Origin: an uncultured virus (IMG/VR IMGVR_UViG_3300047377_000579)
Taxonomy: Duplodnaviria; Heunggongvirae; Uroviricota; Caudoviricetes
Length of the DNA stretch: 20,000 nt
IMG/VR virus record: IMGVR_UViG_3300047377_000579
Direction: 5' to 3' (one strand)
Below the pieces are notes generated by a model. That model was not told where the DNA came from, ran no database searches, and saw only the letters and a program-made list of their open reading frames with translations. Position numbers and translations under genes: made by a program. The first letter of the stretch is position 1; every line of letters starts with the position of its first letter. Below, piece after piece: positions 1 to 8,579 of this stretch.

Positions 1-36
1 AGCTGTTAACTGTTTAATTTCAGGAATATCAGCCAT
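1..36 (-). CDS. Partial CDS (N-terminus MADIPEIKQLTA..., runs off the window); possibly the next part of the split gp5 locus
   Basis: ATG at 36-34 overlaps the TAA of the 680-aa ORF (TAATG coupling); frame open to the window edge. Identity inferred from position only. Confidence 0.55.
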   Translation of the reverse strand, partial: MADIPEIKQLTA

Positions 37-2078
37 TATGTCTTACTCCAAGTGTCATTCTTATGATCATATGTATAACCATCATTTATTAAATCTTTTC
101 TAATTTGATTTAACTCATTGCGCTTTGCGTCTAAACGTATTGTATCGTTCTTTACTCTTGCAATAAGTTTTAATCGATCAGCGCCAGGAGAATTCTCTAA
201 TTCTTCAATCGATGACTTATTATTAACAATATCTCTTTGTAGAGATTTTAGATCGCGATCTAATTTAGAATAGCTTTTGCTATTTTGCTCAAGTTTAGCA
301 TCAGTAGGTTTAGTATCTACATCTGCCACTGATAATTCTGCAGGATCAGGTGGTATGTCAATAGTAGTTGCCGAAGGCTTTTTCACAGTTTTTGGCTTTA
401 CGTTAATCTGCTCTTCTGGCGAATAAGCTTGATGCAACGTTGATGCATCATCATATATAGATGTCTTATCATATTTACTTGCGGCATATGCACTTACATC
501 AAATCCAGGCGCAGAAGTAGTTTTATCTATTTCTCTATAGCCTAATACTTCTCCTCCAGGATAAGCCTTATAGAATGCCTCTAAGAACTGATCAAATGAT
601 TTCCATTGCTCAGATGTAATAGATGCTGACCCGAGTGTTAGCTCTGAATTAGGAGTTCCAAACGGAACTGAGTATCCCGCAACAAATCCAATATGTATCG
701 TATTAGCCGTAAATCCAACAGTTTCTCCTGATTCTACATCAAGGGGTCGGCCTCTTTGAATAGTACCATCTTTTTTAATAACATAATGCCAATTGATACC
801 GTTCTTAGCTCCCTGATCAACTAAGATCTTAAGAGCATCTTCGTCAGCACCAAGTGCTTCCCATTGTTCAGCCATATGTAGCTTATGTACGTCTCTAGCA
901 TTAAGAGGAGTATCACTATGTGTCTTACTCCAGTGCACAATAGCAGTTGTGATATCACGTATACTATTTCTTAATTCAGCTTCTAGTTCTTCAGTAGTGT
1001 GCACGATCTCAAATACATATTCACCAGTAGATAAAGGAGTTGCAACTCCTTTCCAGCCAGATACAGCTGATGAAACAACATAGGGTTTGTTTGTAGGTTT
1101 AATGTTAGGACTAGCATTATTTGTAGGTTTAGTAGTTGCTGCTATGTTAGTATTACCTGATTTCTCAATGATGTTTTGAGGAGGTATAACATTTTCTGGA
1201 ATTATAAGTCCTGGAGGTGTACCAGGCATAACATCACCGAATTTTTTTGCGGCAGGAATTCCTTTAATTGCGCCAAGTACTGCACCTAATATATTACCAA
1301 AACTATTACCTAATGAACCGAAAGGTAAATCACTTCCAACTGGATTACCTAAAGTACGATTTGATTTTTTAATGATAGTTTGTGCATCTTTGATTACTTC
1401 GGTTGATATATCTTTATTAATAACCGTAGTTACTTTATCCGGTGATGTTGATGTTTGTTGCAACACAAGTTTTGTTTGATTTTCTGAAACACCGATTACA
1501 TCAGTTAATGCAGCTTTGATGCCAGCAGGATTTGCTGTTACAATAGTCGTATTAAGTAAACCATCTTCTGTGGTAGTATTAGTTAAAATTGAAATATTAC
1601 CTTTTTCGTCTGATGTCTTTTTAACAGTAACATTTGGTACACCGTCAGTAATAATAGAAACAACCGGCTCATCAGTAACAGTTTGATTTTGTTTAGTGTT
1701 TTTCGAAAGTGTAAGAAAACCACCAAGTAACTGATTTACATCAATAGCTTTTGATCCTTGTACCGCAATTCGATTTGACTGTGCAGTCTTCGATGATGCA
1801 GTAATAAGATCAAGTGGATTTGTTTTACCTATATTTAATAGTTTAAAATTAAAATCACCTTTATCTACTGCTTGAGAATCTTGTTTTTCTTGCTGAGTAA
1901 GAAAATCTACTTTAATTTCTGTATACACTTTCTTTAGAGTAATTGTCTTACCAGTTAGTGTATAGTTATTAATATTGGTAAAGAAATTTTTACCAGCAGA
2001 TTTTACAGTAACACTATTAATTTCTAGTGGTACTGCTGACAGATGTATAATATTAGTATTTTTTGCTCTTTGTATCAT
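36..2078 (-). CDS. Baseplate-associated protein with an N-acetylmuramoyl-L-alanine amidase-like (T7 lysozyme/PGRP fold) domain, probably inactive; Thr/Asn-rich N-terminal region and C-terminal coiled coil
   Basis: Motifs AIVHWS, WHYVIKKDGTIQRGRP, IHIGFVAG, EVLGYRE, APGFDV align by eye with T7 lysozyme-type amidases; ATGA-coupled to the gp5 N-terminal gene. Confidence 0.75.
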   Translation of the reverse strand: MIQRAKNTNIIHLSAVPLEINSVTVKSAGKNFFTNINNYTLTGKTITLKKVYTEIKVDFLTQQEKQDSQAVDKGDFNFKLLNIGKTNPLDLITASSKTAQSNRIAVQGSKAIDVNQLLGGFLTLSKNTKQNQTVTDEPVVSIITDGVPNVTVKKTSDEKGNISILTNTTTEDGLLNTTIVTANPAGIKAALTDVIGVSENQTKLVLQQTSTSPDKVTTVINKDISTEVIKDAQTIIKKSNRTLGNPVGSDLPFGSLGNSFGNILGAVLGAIKGIPAAKKFGDVMPGTPPGLIIPENVIPPQNIIEKSGNTNIAATTKPTNNASPNIKPTNKPYVVSSAVSGWKGVATPLSTGEYVFEIVHTTEELEAELRNSIRDITTAIVHWSKTHSDTPLNARDVHKLHMAEQWEALGADEDALKILVDQGAKNGINWHYVIKKDGTIQRGRPLDVESGETVGFTANTIHIGFVAGYSVPFGTPNSELTLGSASITSEQWKSFDQFLEAFYKAYPGGEVLGYREIDKTTSAPGFDVSAYAASKYDKTSIYDDASTLHQAYSPEEQINVKPKTVKKPSATTIDIPPDPAELSVADVDTKPTDAKLEQNSKSYSKLDRDLKSLQRDIVNNKSSIEELENSPGADRLKLIARVKNDTIRLDAKRNELNQIRKDLINDGYTYDHKNDTWSKT

Positions 2079-2887
2079 CTTGGTCCAACCGGCTCACTGG
2101 TCATTTTTTCGAATATTTCTTCAGCATAGTTAATACGTCTTTGTGTGCTTCCTTCTGCAGGTCGCTCATACTTCTTCTCAAATACAATTGATGCTTCACG
2201 TGGTGTATTTGCTTCGCGTAGCTCTGCTAAACCAAGATAGCTATAGCGATGTAATTCATATTTAATATATTCTAGTTGAGGATACAGTTCTTGGTAATTA
2301 TATCCTCTTTCATCACAAAATAATTTTAATACGTTTAATCTATAACCTGCGGCTTCTGCAGGATTCCATTGTGCTATACCAAAAGATCCTTCTTCAGCAT
2401 TCTGTGCAAGAGGATTAATATCAGTCTCAACGCCTGATCCAGATTCTGCAAGTAAATTACCTATAATTCCACAGGCCTGTTGAGGAGTAAATTCCCCACC
2501 TTCAGCTGATATAAAGAAATTAAATGCGCGCTCTGTGTTACTTCCGCCAATTAGTGTTAAAGGTTTATCTCTTCTTTCTTTTATAGACTCAATTTTTGGT
2601 ATACCTCCAAGTACAAGAGGAAGCTGTGAATCTTTTCCGTCTAAAAAGATTCCATAGACTTGAGTTTGATTTTTAATACCAGTTGTTGCACCAATACCTG
2701 AAGATTGACCTTCTGTTACTGGTACTACTACTTGAGCCCATGGTAAATCAGATTGTGCAATATCAGTTTTTTCGTCACCATGTATACCGAAGATACGAAT
2801 TTGCACTCTGCCCAATTGTTGAGGATCATCAATAGACATGACCTTACCAATGAACCAGCGATTATTGTCACCGTAATAATCAATCAC
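2075..2887 (-). CDS. gp5: gp5-like N-terminal OB-fold fused to a phage tail lysozyme (Phage_lysozyme2-type) domain
   Basis: WFIGKVMSIDDPQQLGRVQIRIFGIH...LPWAQV...GIFLDG...QLPLVLG is the gp5 OB signature; QACGIIGNLLAESG, GIAQWN, QLEYIKYEL, FEKKYERP match Phage_lysozyme2. Confidence 0.85.
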   Translation of the reverse strand: MIDYYGDNNRWFIGKVMSIDDPQQLGRVQIRIFGIHGDEKTDIAQSDLPWAQVVVPVTEGQSSGIGATTGIKNQTQVYGIFLDGKDSQLPLVLGGIPKIESIKERRDKPLTLIGGSNTERAFNFFISAEGGEFTPQQACGIIGNLLAESGSGVETDINPLAQNAEEGSFGIAQWNPAEAAGYRLNVLKLFCDERGYNYQELYPQLEYIKYELHRYSYLGLAELREANTPREASIVFEKKYERPAEGSTQRRINYAEEIFEKMTSEPVGPR

Positions 2888-4215
2888 AAGTTTTCTCCAG
2901 TGTAGTCTGCAATTTTAGTACATAATAAATTTAAATCATATTTTTCAATCTTAAACGAATGTCTCGTTGCGTATACTATATAATCGCCAGACTTCTTTTT
3001 ATCTATGCCTAACTCTTTATTTTCAGCATCATCAAATGTATTCGAATCAAAGAATTTTAATCTTAATACAGTTCCTGTAGTTAAGTTACTACCAGTTATT
3101 AAAAATGGTGCACCATTAACACTAATAGATAATGGAGATTTAGCCAAATGCTTTTTAATTGCCTCTCCACATATTTGCTTATTATAATCAGATTTTTTTA
3201 TTTCTTCGCCATATGATTTAAAATCACCAAATCCTTCATATAAATTACTTGACGTAATACGAGAAATAACCTTTGATCTCTGCTCGTTTAAAGTATTAGA
3301 TTTGATTTTTGTATTAGTAGGAAAATTATAATTGTCTTGATTTTTTCCTAAATAATTTTTATTCTTCATCATGTCAAATACATCTTTTTTAACATCAAAA
3401 TCTACGGGCTCTGGATAGCCATCAGATACATTTAGAAAATTATATCTTGCACCCACATATCCGTCTGATATTAATTGAAATAAGTTTTCCGTATTTTCTT
3501 GTTTATAAGATTCAATTACATGATATTTTGTAACATCTACTGGATTATGTATGCCTGCTTGTGAATAAACAAAGGGTCTGTCTTTATTATTTGGTTCTCT
3601 TTGTAATAAAGTTCCTAAATGATTAAGCTGCAAAAAATTGCTTGTTAAAAGAGAATACACATAATATGGCATACCATCTTTATTTGTGGCTCTTTGTTGC
3701 ATCCACTTTATGGCTGCAATAGGAGTCATATTCGGCACAATAACTTTCATATTACCTTGAAATGTATCAAAGGTACCTTGCACATCTTTTTCTAAAAAGC
3801 TACTAGCGATGTTACTTATAATCGTTGCAGGAGTTCCTGTATAAGCCTTATTTACATTAATAGCATTTGAAATAAATGCATGCTCTTCAACTACATCAAG
3901 GACAATTAATTCACTACGGTCATTAGTCTTTATAGCCTTATTTATTTTTACGATACGAAACGTTTTTTCAATAACATTTTTAGTAACAGTTTCTAATTTT
4001 AGTTCTAATTTTTCTATTCCCATCATATTAATTTGTTGTACAATTGCATGAGTATCAACAAATACAAAATTACCGGTTAGATACGGTTTATCTAAATGTT
4101 CGTATATATCAATGTCAGTTATAGCAGCCGCAAGATCAATTGATGCATCATTACGATCTGTACTTAGTATAGCAGAAAGTATTGTAAACCCGCGCTGGCT
4201 ATCAATAGTGCTCAT
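2884..4215 (-). CDS. Baseplate hub protein (gp27-like)
   Basis: 443 aa between gp53 and gp5; N-terminal IDIYEHLDKPYLTG and C-terminal KKSGDYIVYATRHSF motifs typical of contractile-tail hub proteins. Confidence 0.65.
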   Translation of the reverse strand: MSTIDSQRGFTILSAILSTDRNDASIDLAAAITDIDIYEHLDKPYLTGNFVFVDTHAIVQQINMMGIEKLELKLETVTKNVIEKTFRIVKINKAIKTNDRSELIVLDVVEEHAFISNAINVNKAYTGTPATIISNIASSFLEKDVQGTFDTFQGNMKVIVPNMTPIAAIKWMQQRATNKDGMPYYVYSLLTSNFLQLNHLGTLLQREPNNKDRPFVYSQAGIHNPVDVTKYHVIESYKQENTENLFQLISDGYVGARYNFLNVSDGYPEPVDFDVKKDVFDMMKNKNYLGKNQDNYNFPTNTKIKSNTLNEQRSKVISRITSSNLYEGFGDFKSYGEEIKKSDYNKQICGEAIKKHLAKSPLSISVNGAPFLITGSNLTTGTVLRLKFFDSNTFDDAENKELGIDKKKSGDYIVYATRHSFKIEKYDLNLLCTKIADYTGENL

Positions 4216-4946
4216 TTTTTAAGCGCCTGCTTGTATGATGAAACTAAAGTATTAATAATATTAGGACGAATAACTTTGATGTTTCTTAATTTATTATTTT
4301 CTTCTGTGTACCATTCATAATTAGTTACTTCTGTAACTAACTGACCTGGTCCAATTGCTGGATCAATATCTACAATTGTATCAGATAAACTATTTGAGAT
4401 ATAATGATGTGCAGCATTGTATTCTTTTTCACCACTTACAATCACTATAGATTCTGTTACCGCACTAGAGTTAACAGACGTTACTGCCTCACCAGCTCTA
4501 AATGTTCCAACAGTATCCTTTAAAAGTATTTGGCCAAAATCTAAAACTCTATGTACTATGGTACCGGTAGCGCCTGAAGCAGATCCACTAACTGTTTGGC
4601 CTTCCTTAAATTTAGAAGTTATATCTGCGCGTGTAGTAAGAGTAGTATGACTAAATTCATGTTTAATTGTTTCATCTAATTCTGTTGTAGTCAAAGGCCA
4701 ACCTTGCAGTCTTAGTTCATCATTAAGTAAATAAAACGTCCAATGATATATTGTAGTTCCATATAATTGAAACGATAGCTGATCAGGCCTCATACCCTCC
4801 GGAATATATCCTTTTTCATATGTTGATGCATCATCTTTAATATCATCGATAAGACTTACGTATGCCGATAAATCTTGTGTTAATACAGTTGAGGCCTCGT
4901 CACCAAATTTATATAAAACGTCGTTGAATGAATTAAAATATTGCAT
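4212..4946 (-). CDS. gp53: Baseplate wedge protein gp53
   Basis: MQYFNSF start, RPDQLSFQLYGTTIYHWTFYLLN, WPL, VTNYEWYTEENNKLRNIKVIRP. Start moved from 4964 to ATG 4946, which has GAGGAAGG upstream and follows the gp48 stop. Confidence 0.85.
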   Translation of the reverse strand: MQYFNSFNDVLYKFGDEASTVLTQDLSAYVSLIDDIKDDASTYEKGYIPEGMRPDQLSFQLYGTTIYHWTFYLLNDELRLQGWPLTTTELDETIKHEFSHTTLTTRADITSKFKEGQTVSGSASGATGTIVHRVLDFGQILLKDTVGTFRAGEAVTSVNSSAVTESIVIVSGEKEYNAAHHYISNSLSDTIVDIDPAIGPGQLVTEVTNYEWYTEENNKLRNIKVIRPNIINTLVSSYKQALKK

Positions 4947-4947
4947 T

Positions 4948-5889
4948 CTACAGTCCTTCCTCAATATCCTTTTTATTCAGCTGTCTCATTTCAATAAATC
5001 GAAGAGTCATATCAACCTCTGAGGGATATCCTTCAGCATGAAACACTCCGCTAGTGGAATTGTATACCGTGTCGACAGCCATTAAAAAACAGTCCGGAAA
5101 TTTTTGAAACTTAACTTCGTTATTTTTGTGTTTTACTTCAATACCAAAAGCGTTAGGGAATTTAAATCCAACGTTAGCGGCAATCAGTTCCGGATACATC
5201 TCTTTTCTAAAATGCTTTACTATATTTTCAATTACAATTGATTCATTACGTGATGTAGGAATCATTTTAAATGTGAAATTAAACTGTCTAATATTTACAT
5301 TATTAAAAAGTACACGAGTATTAGGATTTGCCGTAACTTGTGTTATAGCTCTAACTATATTTTTACCAAAGTCTGTAGGAGTAAAACGAGTTGCTGCAAC
5401 CGCTGCAGTTTCGCTTCCAATATCGATACCTGTTTTAAAGAGATCAACAATTGACGTTCCAGTTTTTCCGACAGCTCCTAGAGCGGCCGCTCCAAGAGTT
5501 TTTCCACCAGCTACAGCCGCAGAGGTATCTGCTCCAAGCACGCCTAAGTTAATAGTATTACCATAGTCGACAGCGTCATTAAACTGCATAGAAATTGGAG
5601 CAAATAAAGCAATTACTGGTGCGGTTTCACTTTGCGTATAAGTTGGCCCAGCTTGAGCTAATTTTGTTGCTTGTCTTTCTTTATCTAAGGCGGCCTGAGC
5701 CTCGATCTCTGCTTGCAATCCTGGAGCGTCGACATCGGCAACAGCCTGAGGCGCATTCATAATGCTATTAAATTCTTCTCTGAGACTACTGGCTTCTTTA
5801 ACAACAAATCGAATTCTTGATTGATATGCTTCTCTATTAGATATCGGATACGATATTGTTTCTTTTGATGAGTGAAATCCAGGTTCCAT
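4948..5889 (-). CDS. gp48: Baseplate tail-tube cap gp48
   Basis: NPNTRVLFNNVNIRQFNFTFKMIPTSRNES...FRKEMYP...FPNAF...PSEVDMTLRFIE motifs; synteny with gp53. Confidence 0.85.
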   Translation of the reverse strand: MEPGFHSSKETISYPISNREAYQSRIRFVVKEASSLREEFNSIMNAPQAVADVDAPGLQAEIEAQAALDKERQATKLAQAGPTYTQSETAPVIALFAPISMQFNDAVDYGNTINLGVLGADTSAAVAGGKTLGAAALGAVGKTGTSIVDLFKTGIDIGSETAAVAATRFTPTDFGKNIVRAITQVTANPNTRVLFNNVNIRQFNFTFKMIPTSRNESIVIENIVKHFRKEMYPELIAANVGFKFPNAFGIEVKHKNNEVKFQKFPDCFLMAVDTVYNSTSGVFHAEGYPSEVDMTLRFIEMRQLNKKDIEEGL

Positions 5890-5924
5890 TTTATGTCCTA
5901 TAGATATAACTAGTTAACTCTTTC

Positions 5925-5932
5925 TATTTATA
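5925..5932 (-). promoter_or_regulatory. T4-type late promoter TATAAATA for the gp48-gp53-gp27-gp5 operon
   Basis: Exact TATAAATA on the minus strand 35 nt upstream of the gp48 ATG. One-mismatch variants (TATAGATA 5899-5906, TATAACTA 5905-5912) face gp4 on the plus strand. Confidence 0.75.
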
Positions 5933-5939
5933 TCAAAAT

Positions 5940-6443
5940 ATGGCATATTCAGGCAGATATCAAGTTAAGAATCCTAAGAAGTATTTAGGAGATCCAAGTG
6001 CAGTAGTTTATCGTTCTTTATGGGAACGTGCTGCATTTCAGTGGTGTGATGCAAATCCTGCTGTAAAAGGATGGTCCTCAGAAGAAGTTGTAATACCATA
6101 TTACTATGATGTTGATAAAAAATACCATCGTTACTTTGTAGATCTTAAAATTGTAATGAAAGAAAAAACTATATTAGTAGAAATTAAACCAGACAAAGAA
6201 ACTAAACCTCCTACTGGTCAGAGAAGAACTAAAAAATATATTAATGAAGGTTTGACTTATGTAAAGAATATGAATAAGTGGGAAGCAGCAAATGAATATG
6301 CAAGAGATAGAGGGTGGGAGTTTCAAATATGGACAGAGCATACTCTACAGGAAATGAAACTATTAACTAAACCTGTACCAGGTAAACTAAAACCTCTAAA
6401 ACCTATGAAGCCGTATCGTAAAAAGTCTAAGAAAAAGATATAA
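5940..6443 (+). CDS. gp4: Head completion nuclease gp4 (TnsA-like PD-(D/E)xK)
   Basis: MAYSGRYQVKNPKKYLGDP, YRSLWER, WSSEEVVIPY, HRYFVD, VEIKP, NKWEAA, FQIWTE. Confidence 0.92.
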   Translation: MAYSGRYQVKNPKKYLGDPSAVVYRSLWERAAFQWCDANPAVKGWSSEEVVIPYYYDVDKKYHRYFVDLKIVMKEKTILVEIKPDKETKPPTGQRRTKKYINEGLTYVKNMNKWEAANEYARDRGWEFQIWTEHTLQEMKLLTKPVPGKLKPLKPMKPYRKKSKKKI

Positions 6444-6446
6444 ATA
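6439..6446 (+). promoter_or_regulatory. T4-type late promoter TATAAATA, 5 nt before the gp2 ATG
   Basis: Exact TATAAATA overlapping the gp4 stop codon, followed by CTCGT-ATG. Confidence 0.75.
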
Positions 6447-6451
6447 CTCGT

Positions 6452-6985
6452 ATGGCAAGTTTATTTCAGCAGTTAGAAATCGAAGCATTCCGTAAAGGTA
6501 TTACGCCGCGGACTAAAGAATCTATTCGATGGTTTCAGAAGAAAGCATCTCAAATGGGTAAGGTTAGTCGTACAGGTGTAATGCAAGATGATTCTATTGA
6601 GTTACGTAATAGACCTATCACTAAGCCGTATGGTAATATGTACATGTATTTCTATGATGCTAAGCATAAAGACACACTACCGTACTATGATGCATTTCCT
6701 TTAGTTATTCCAGTCGGTCCTGCTGCAGGCGGTTTCTATGGTCTTAACTTACATTATTTACCTTTACCTCTTAGAGCAAAGGCACTTGATGCATTACTTG
6801 GTGAAGGTAGCTTACCATCAAAGTATGTTGCACCAATGATACATAGATATTTGTTTAAGCAAGTTCGTAGTAGGTTTGCATTAGTCGATAAGCCTGAATG
6901 GGAGATTGCTACATTCTTACCAACGGCAGACTTTAGAGGCGCAACAAAGACTACAGTATATAAAGATTCTAGGAGCAAGATGTAA
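6452..6985 (+). CDS. gp2: DNA end protector protein gp2
   Basis: GNMYMYFYDAKHKDTLPYYDAFPLV, GFYGLNLHYLP, WEIATFLPTADF, VYKDSR. Confidence 0.92.
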   Translation: MASLFQQLEIEAFRKGITPRTKESIRWFQKKASQMGKVSRTGVMQDDSIELRNRPITKPYGNMYMYFYDAKHKDTLPYYDAFPLVIPVGPAAGGFYGLNLHYLPLPLRAKALDALLGEGSLPSKYVAPMIHRYLFKQVRSRFALVDKPEWEIATFLPTADFRGATKTTVYKDSRSKM

Positions 6986-7608
6986 TGTCAAGCGTAGATG
7001 AGTTAAAAGCTATTGCATCTGTAAAACTTGGTTTTGCACGACCTAATAACTTTCTTGTTACATTGCCTGATCTTGGTGGTGTATCAGGTAGAGAGCTAAA
7101 TGTGTTATGCAAGTCCACGACATTACCTGGTAAACAAGTTTTGACATCAGATCGCCGTATTGGAATGGAATTTCAAAAGGTTGCATATGGATACGCCGTC
7201 GATGATGTTAGTATGACATTTTATTGTATGAATGATTATGGTGTTAAAAAATATTTTGATGCATGGAGATCTATAACAGTTGGTGAAGAACTGGGTGAAT
7301 TAAAGTATAAAAATGATTATGCTAAAAGTGTTACTATACATCAGCTCAGAAAACCTCTTGTAGGTTTATCAAAAGCTATTGGTCCGCTTAGAGCAAATAT
7401 AGGCATAGGTGGAGGAAGTGTTTACAGTGTAGAGTTACGAGAAGCATTTCCTACAACAATGACAGCAATTGAATTAAATAACGAATTAGATGGATTAGTT
7501 GAATTATCTGTTCAATTATCTTATACAAACTGGTATAACGCAGAAGCTTCACAAAACTTCTTAAATGCTAGTCTTTCAACACCTCTTGGTAGTGTTGATT
7601 TATTATAA
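6985..7608 (+). CDS. Tail-tube-like baseplate protein (gp54-like tube initiator)
   Basis: GFARPNNFLV, LCKSTTLPGK, VKKYFDAW, YKNDYAKSVTIHQL, EAFPTT, LSVQLSY; gp19/gp54 family pattern; TAATG-coupled to gp2. Confidence 0.75.
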   Translation: MSSVDELKAIASVKLGFARPNNFLVTLPDLGGVSGRELNVLCKSTTLPGKQVLTSDRRIGMEFQKVAYGYAVDDVSMTFYCMNDYGVKKYFDAWRSITVGEELGELKYKNDYAKSVTIHQLRKPLVGLSKAIGPLRANIGIGGGSVYSVELREAFPTTMTAIELNNELDGLVELSVQLSYTNWYNAEASQNFLNASLSTPLGSVDLL

Positions 7609-7626
7609 CTTTATAAGGAAAATGAA

Positions 7627-7866
7627 ATGGGAAAAAAGAGATCGAGAGCTAAGCAAGTATCTAAAGGTGTTACACATCAAAATAGATGCCCACTTGCTAA
7701 AGCAAGGCGTAGAGAATGGAATGGGTCAGATGCACAGCATTATGCAAAGTTGCAAGCGTTTATGGCTGGTAAAAATGTAATGTTGACTGTTCCTAATCCT
7801 AATAAAAATGAAACGAATAAGAAATTTATTCGAGTGAATGCAAAAGAAGTGTGGAGAAATGCATAA
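7627..7866 (+). CDS. Small basic hypothetical protein
   Basis: 79-aa ORF with AAGGA SD; K/R-rich; its stop overlaps the gp26 start (TAATG). Confidence 0.75.
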   Translation: MGKKRSRAKQVSKGVTHQNRCPLAKARRREWNGSDAQHYAKLQAFMAGKNVMLTVPNPNKNETNKKFIRVNAKEVWRNA

Positions 7867-8579
7867 TGGCATTACCTAAACTAAACAATGATGCACCATC
7901 ATACAGTTTAACTGTACCTTCTACTAAAAAGACAATTAACTATCGTCCGTTTTTAGTAAAAGAGCAGCGTAACCTTTTGATTGCACTTGAATCTAAAGAT
8001 CCCAAAATGGTTTTAAATGCTGTACTAACGTGTATCGAATCTTGTTCTCCAAATATTAATGCATCAAAGCTATCTACCTTTGATGTAGATTATATCTTTA
8101 CACAAATTCGTGGTAAATCTGTGGGTGAAACAACCAAAATTTTATCTGAATGTACAGAATGTGGGCATGAGCATACTATAAATCTAAATTTAGATGATAT
8201 TAAAATTGACCATAAACATGTAGATAATATTATTCCTATTACCAAAGATATTAATATTGTAATGAAATATCCTACATATGATGATCTAATGAAAAATGAT
8301 TCGGTATTTAATGAGGATAAAACTTCGGTTGAATTATTATTTGAAACTATTACTTCATGCATTGAAAGCGTACAAACACAAGACAATAACATTTCATTAA
8401 AAGATGAGCCAAAGGCTGAAGTTGAAACTTTTATTAATTCGTTAACAAATGAACAATTAGAAAAGCTTTCTATTTTTGTAGACTCTATGCCAAGTTTAGA
8501 ACATACTATAGATTATACCTGTCAGTCTTGTGCACATAATAACTCATTAACTCTTAAGGGAATACAAGATTTTTTTTAG
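7866..8579 (+). CDS. gp26: Baseplate hub assembly protein gp26 (237 aa, two CxxC motifs)
   Basis: MALPKL, YRPFLVKEQ, FDVDYIFTQIRGKSVGE, MKYP, C-terminal GIQDFF. Start moved from 7851 to ATG 7866 (TAATG overlap). Confidence 0.9.
   Translation: MALPKLNNDAPSYSLTVPSTKKTINYRPFLVKEQRNLLIALESKDPKMVLNAVLTCIESCSPNINASKLSTFDVDYIFTQIRGKSVGETTKILSECTECGHEHTINLNLDDIKIDHKHVDNIIPITKDINIVMKYPTYDDLMKNDSVFNEDKTSVELLFETITSCIESVQTQDNNISLKDEPKAEVETFINSLTNEQLEKLSIFVDSMPSLEHTIDYTCQSCAHNNSLTLKGIQDFF

Noticed and set aside
5940..6443. TnsA-like nuclease motif suggesting a Tn7-type transposon or homing endonuclease
   Set aside because: Sequence and synteny identify it as core head-completion gp4; no transposon genes or ends nearby.
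3005..8392. Antisense or alternate-frame ORFs at 3005, 4417, 5126, 6754, 7565 and 8090
   Set aside because: Overlap well-supported core T4-like genes and lack independent signals.
8570..8577. T8 homopolymer as a sequencing error splitting one gene
   Set aside because: gp26 homologs, as I recall them, end near this FF motif with a separate gp51 frame following, so a natural junction is more likely. A read-level check is still advisable.
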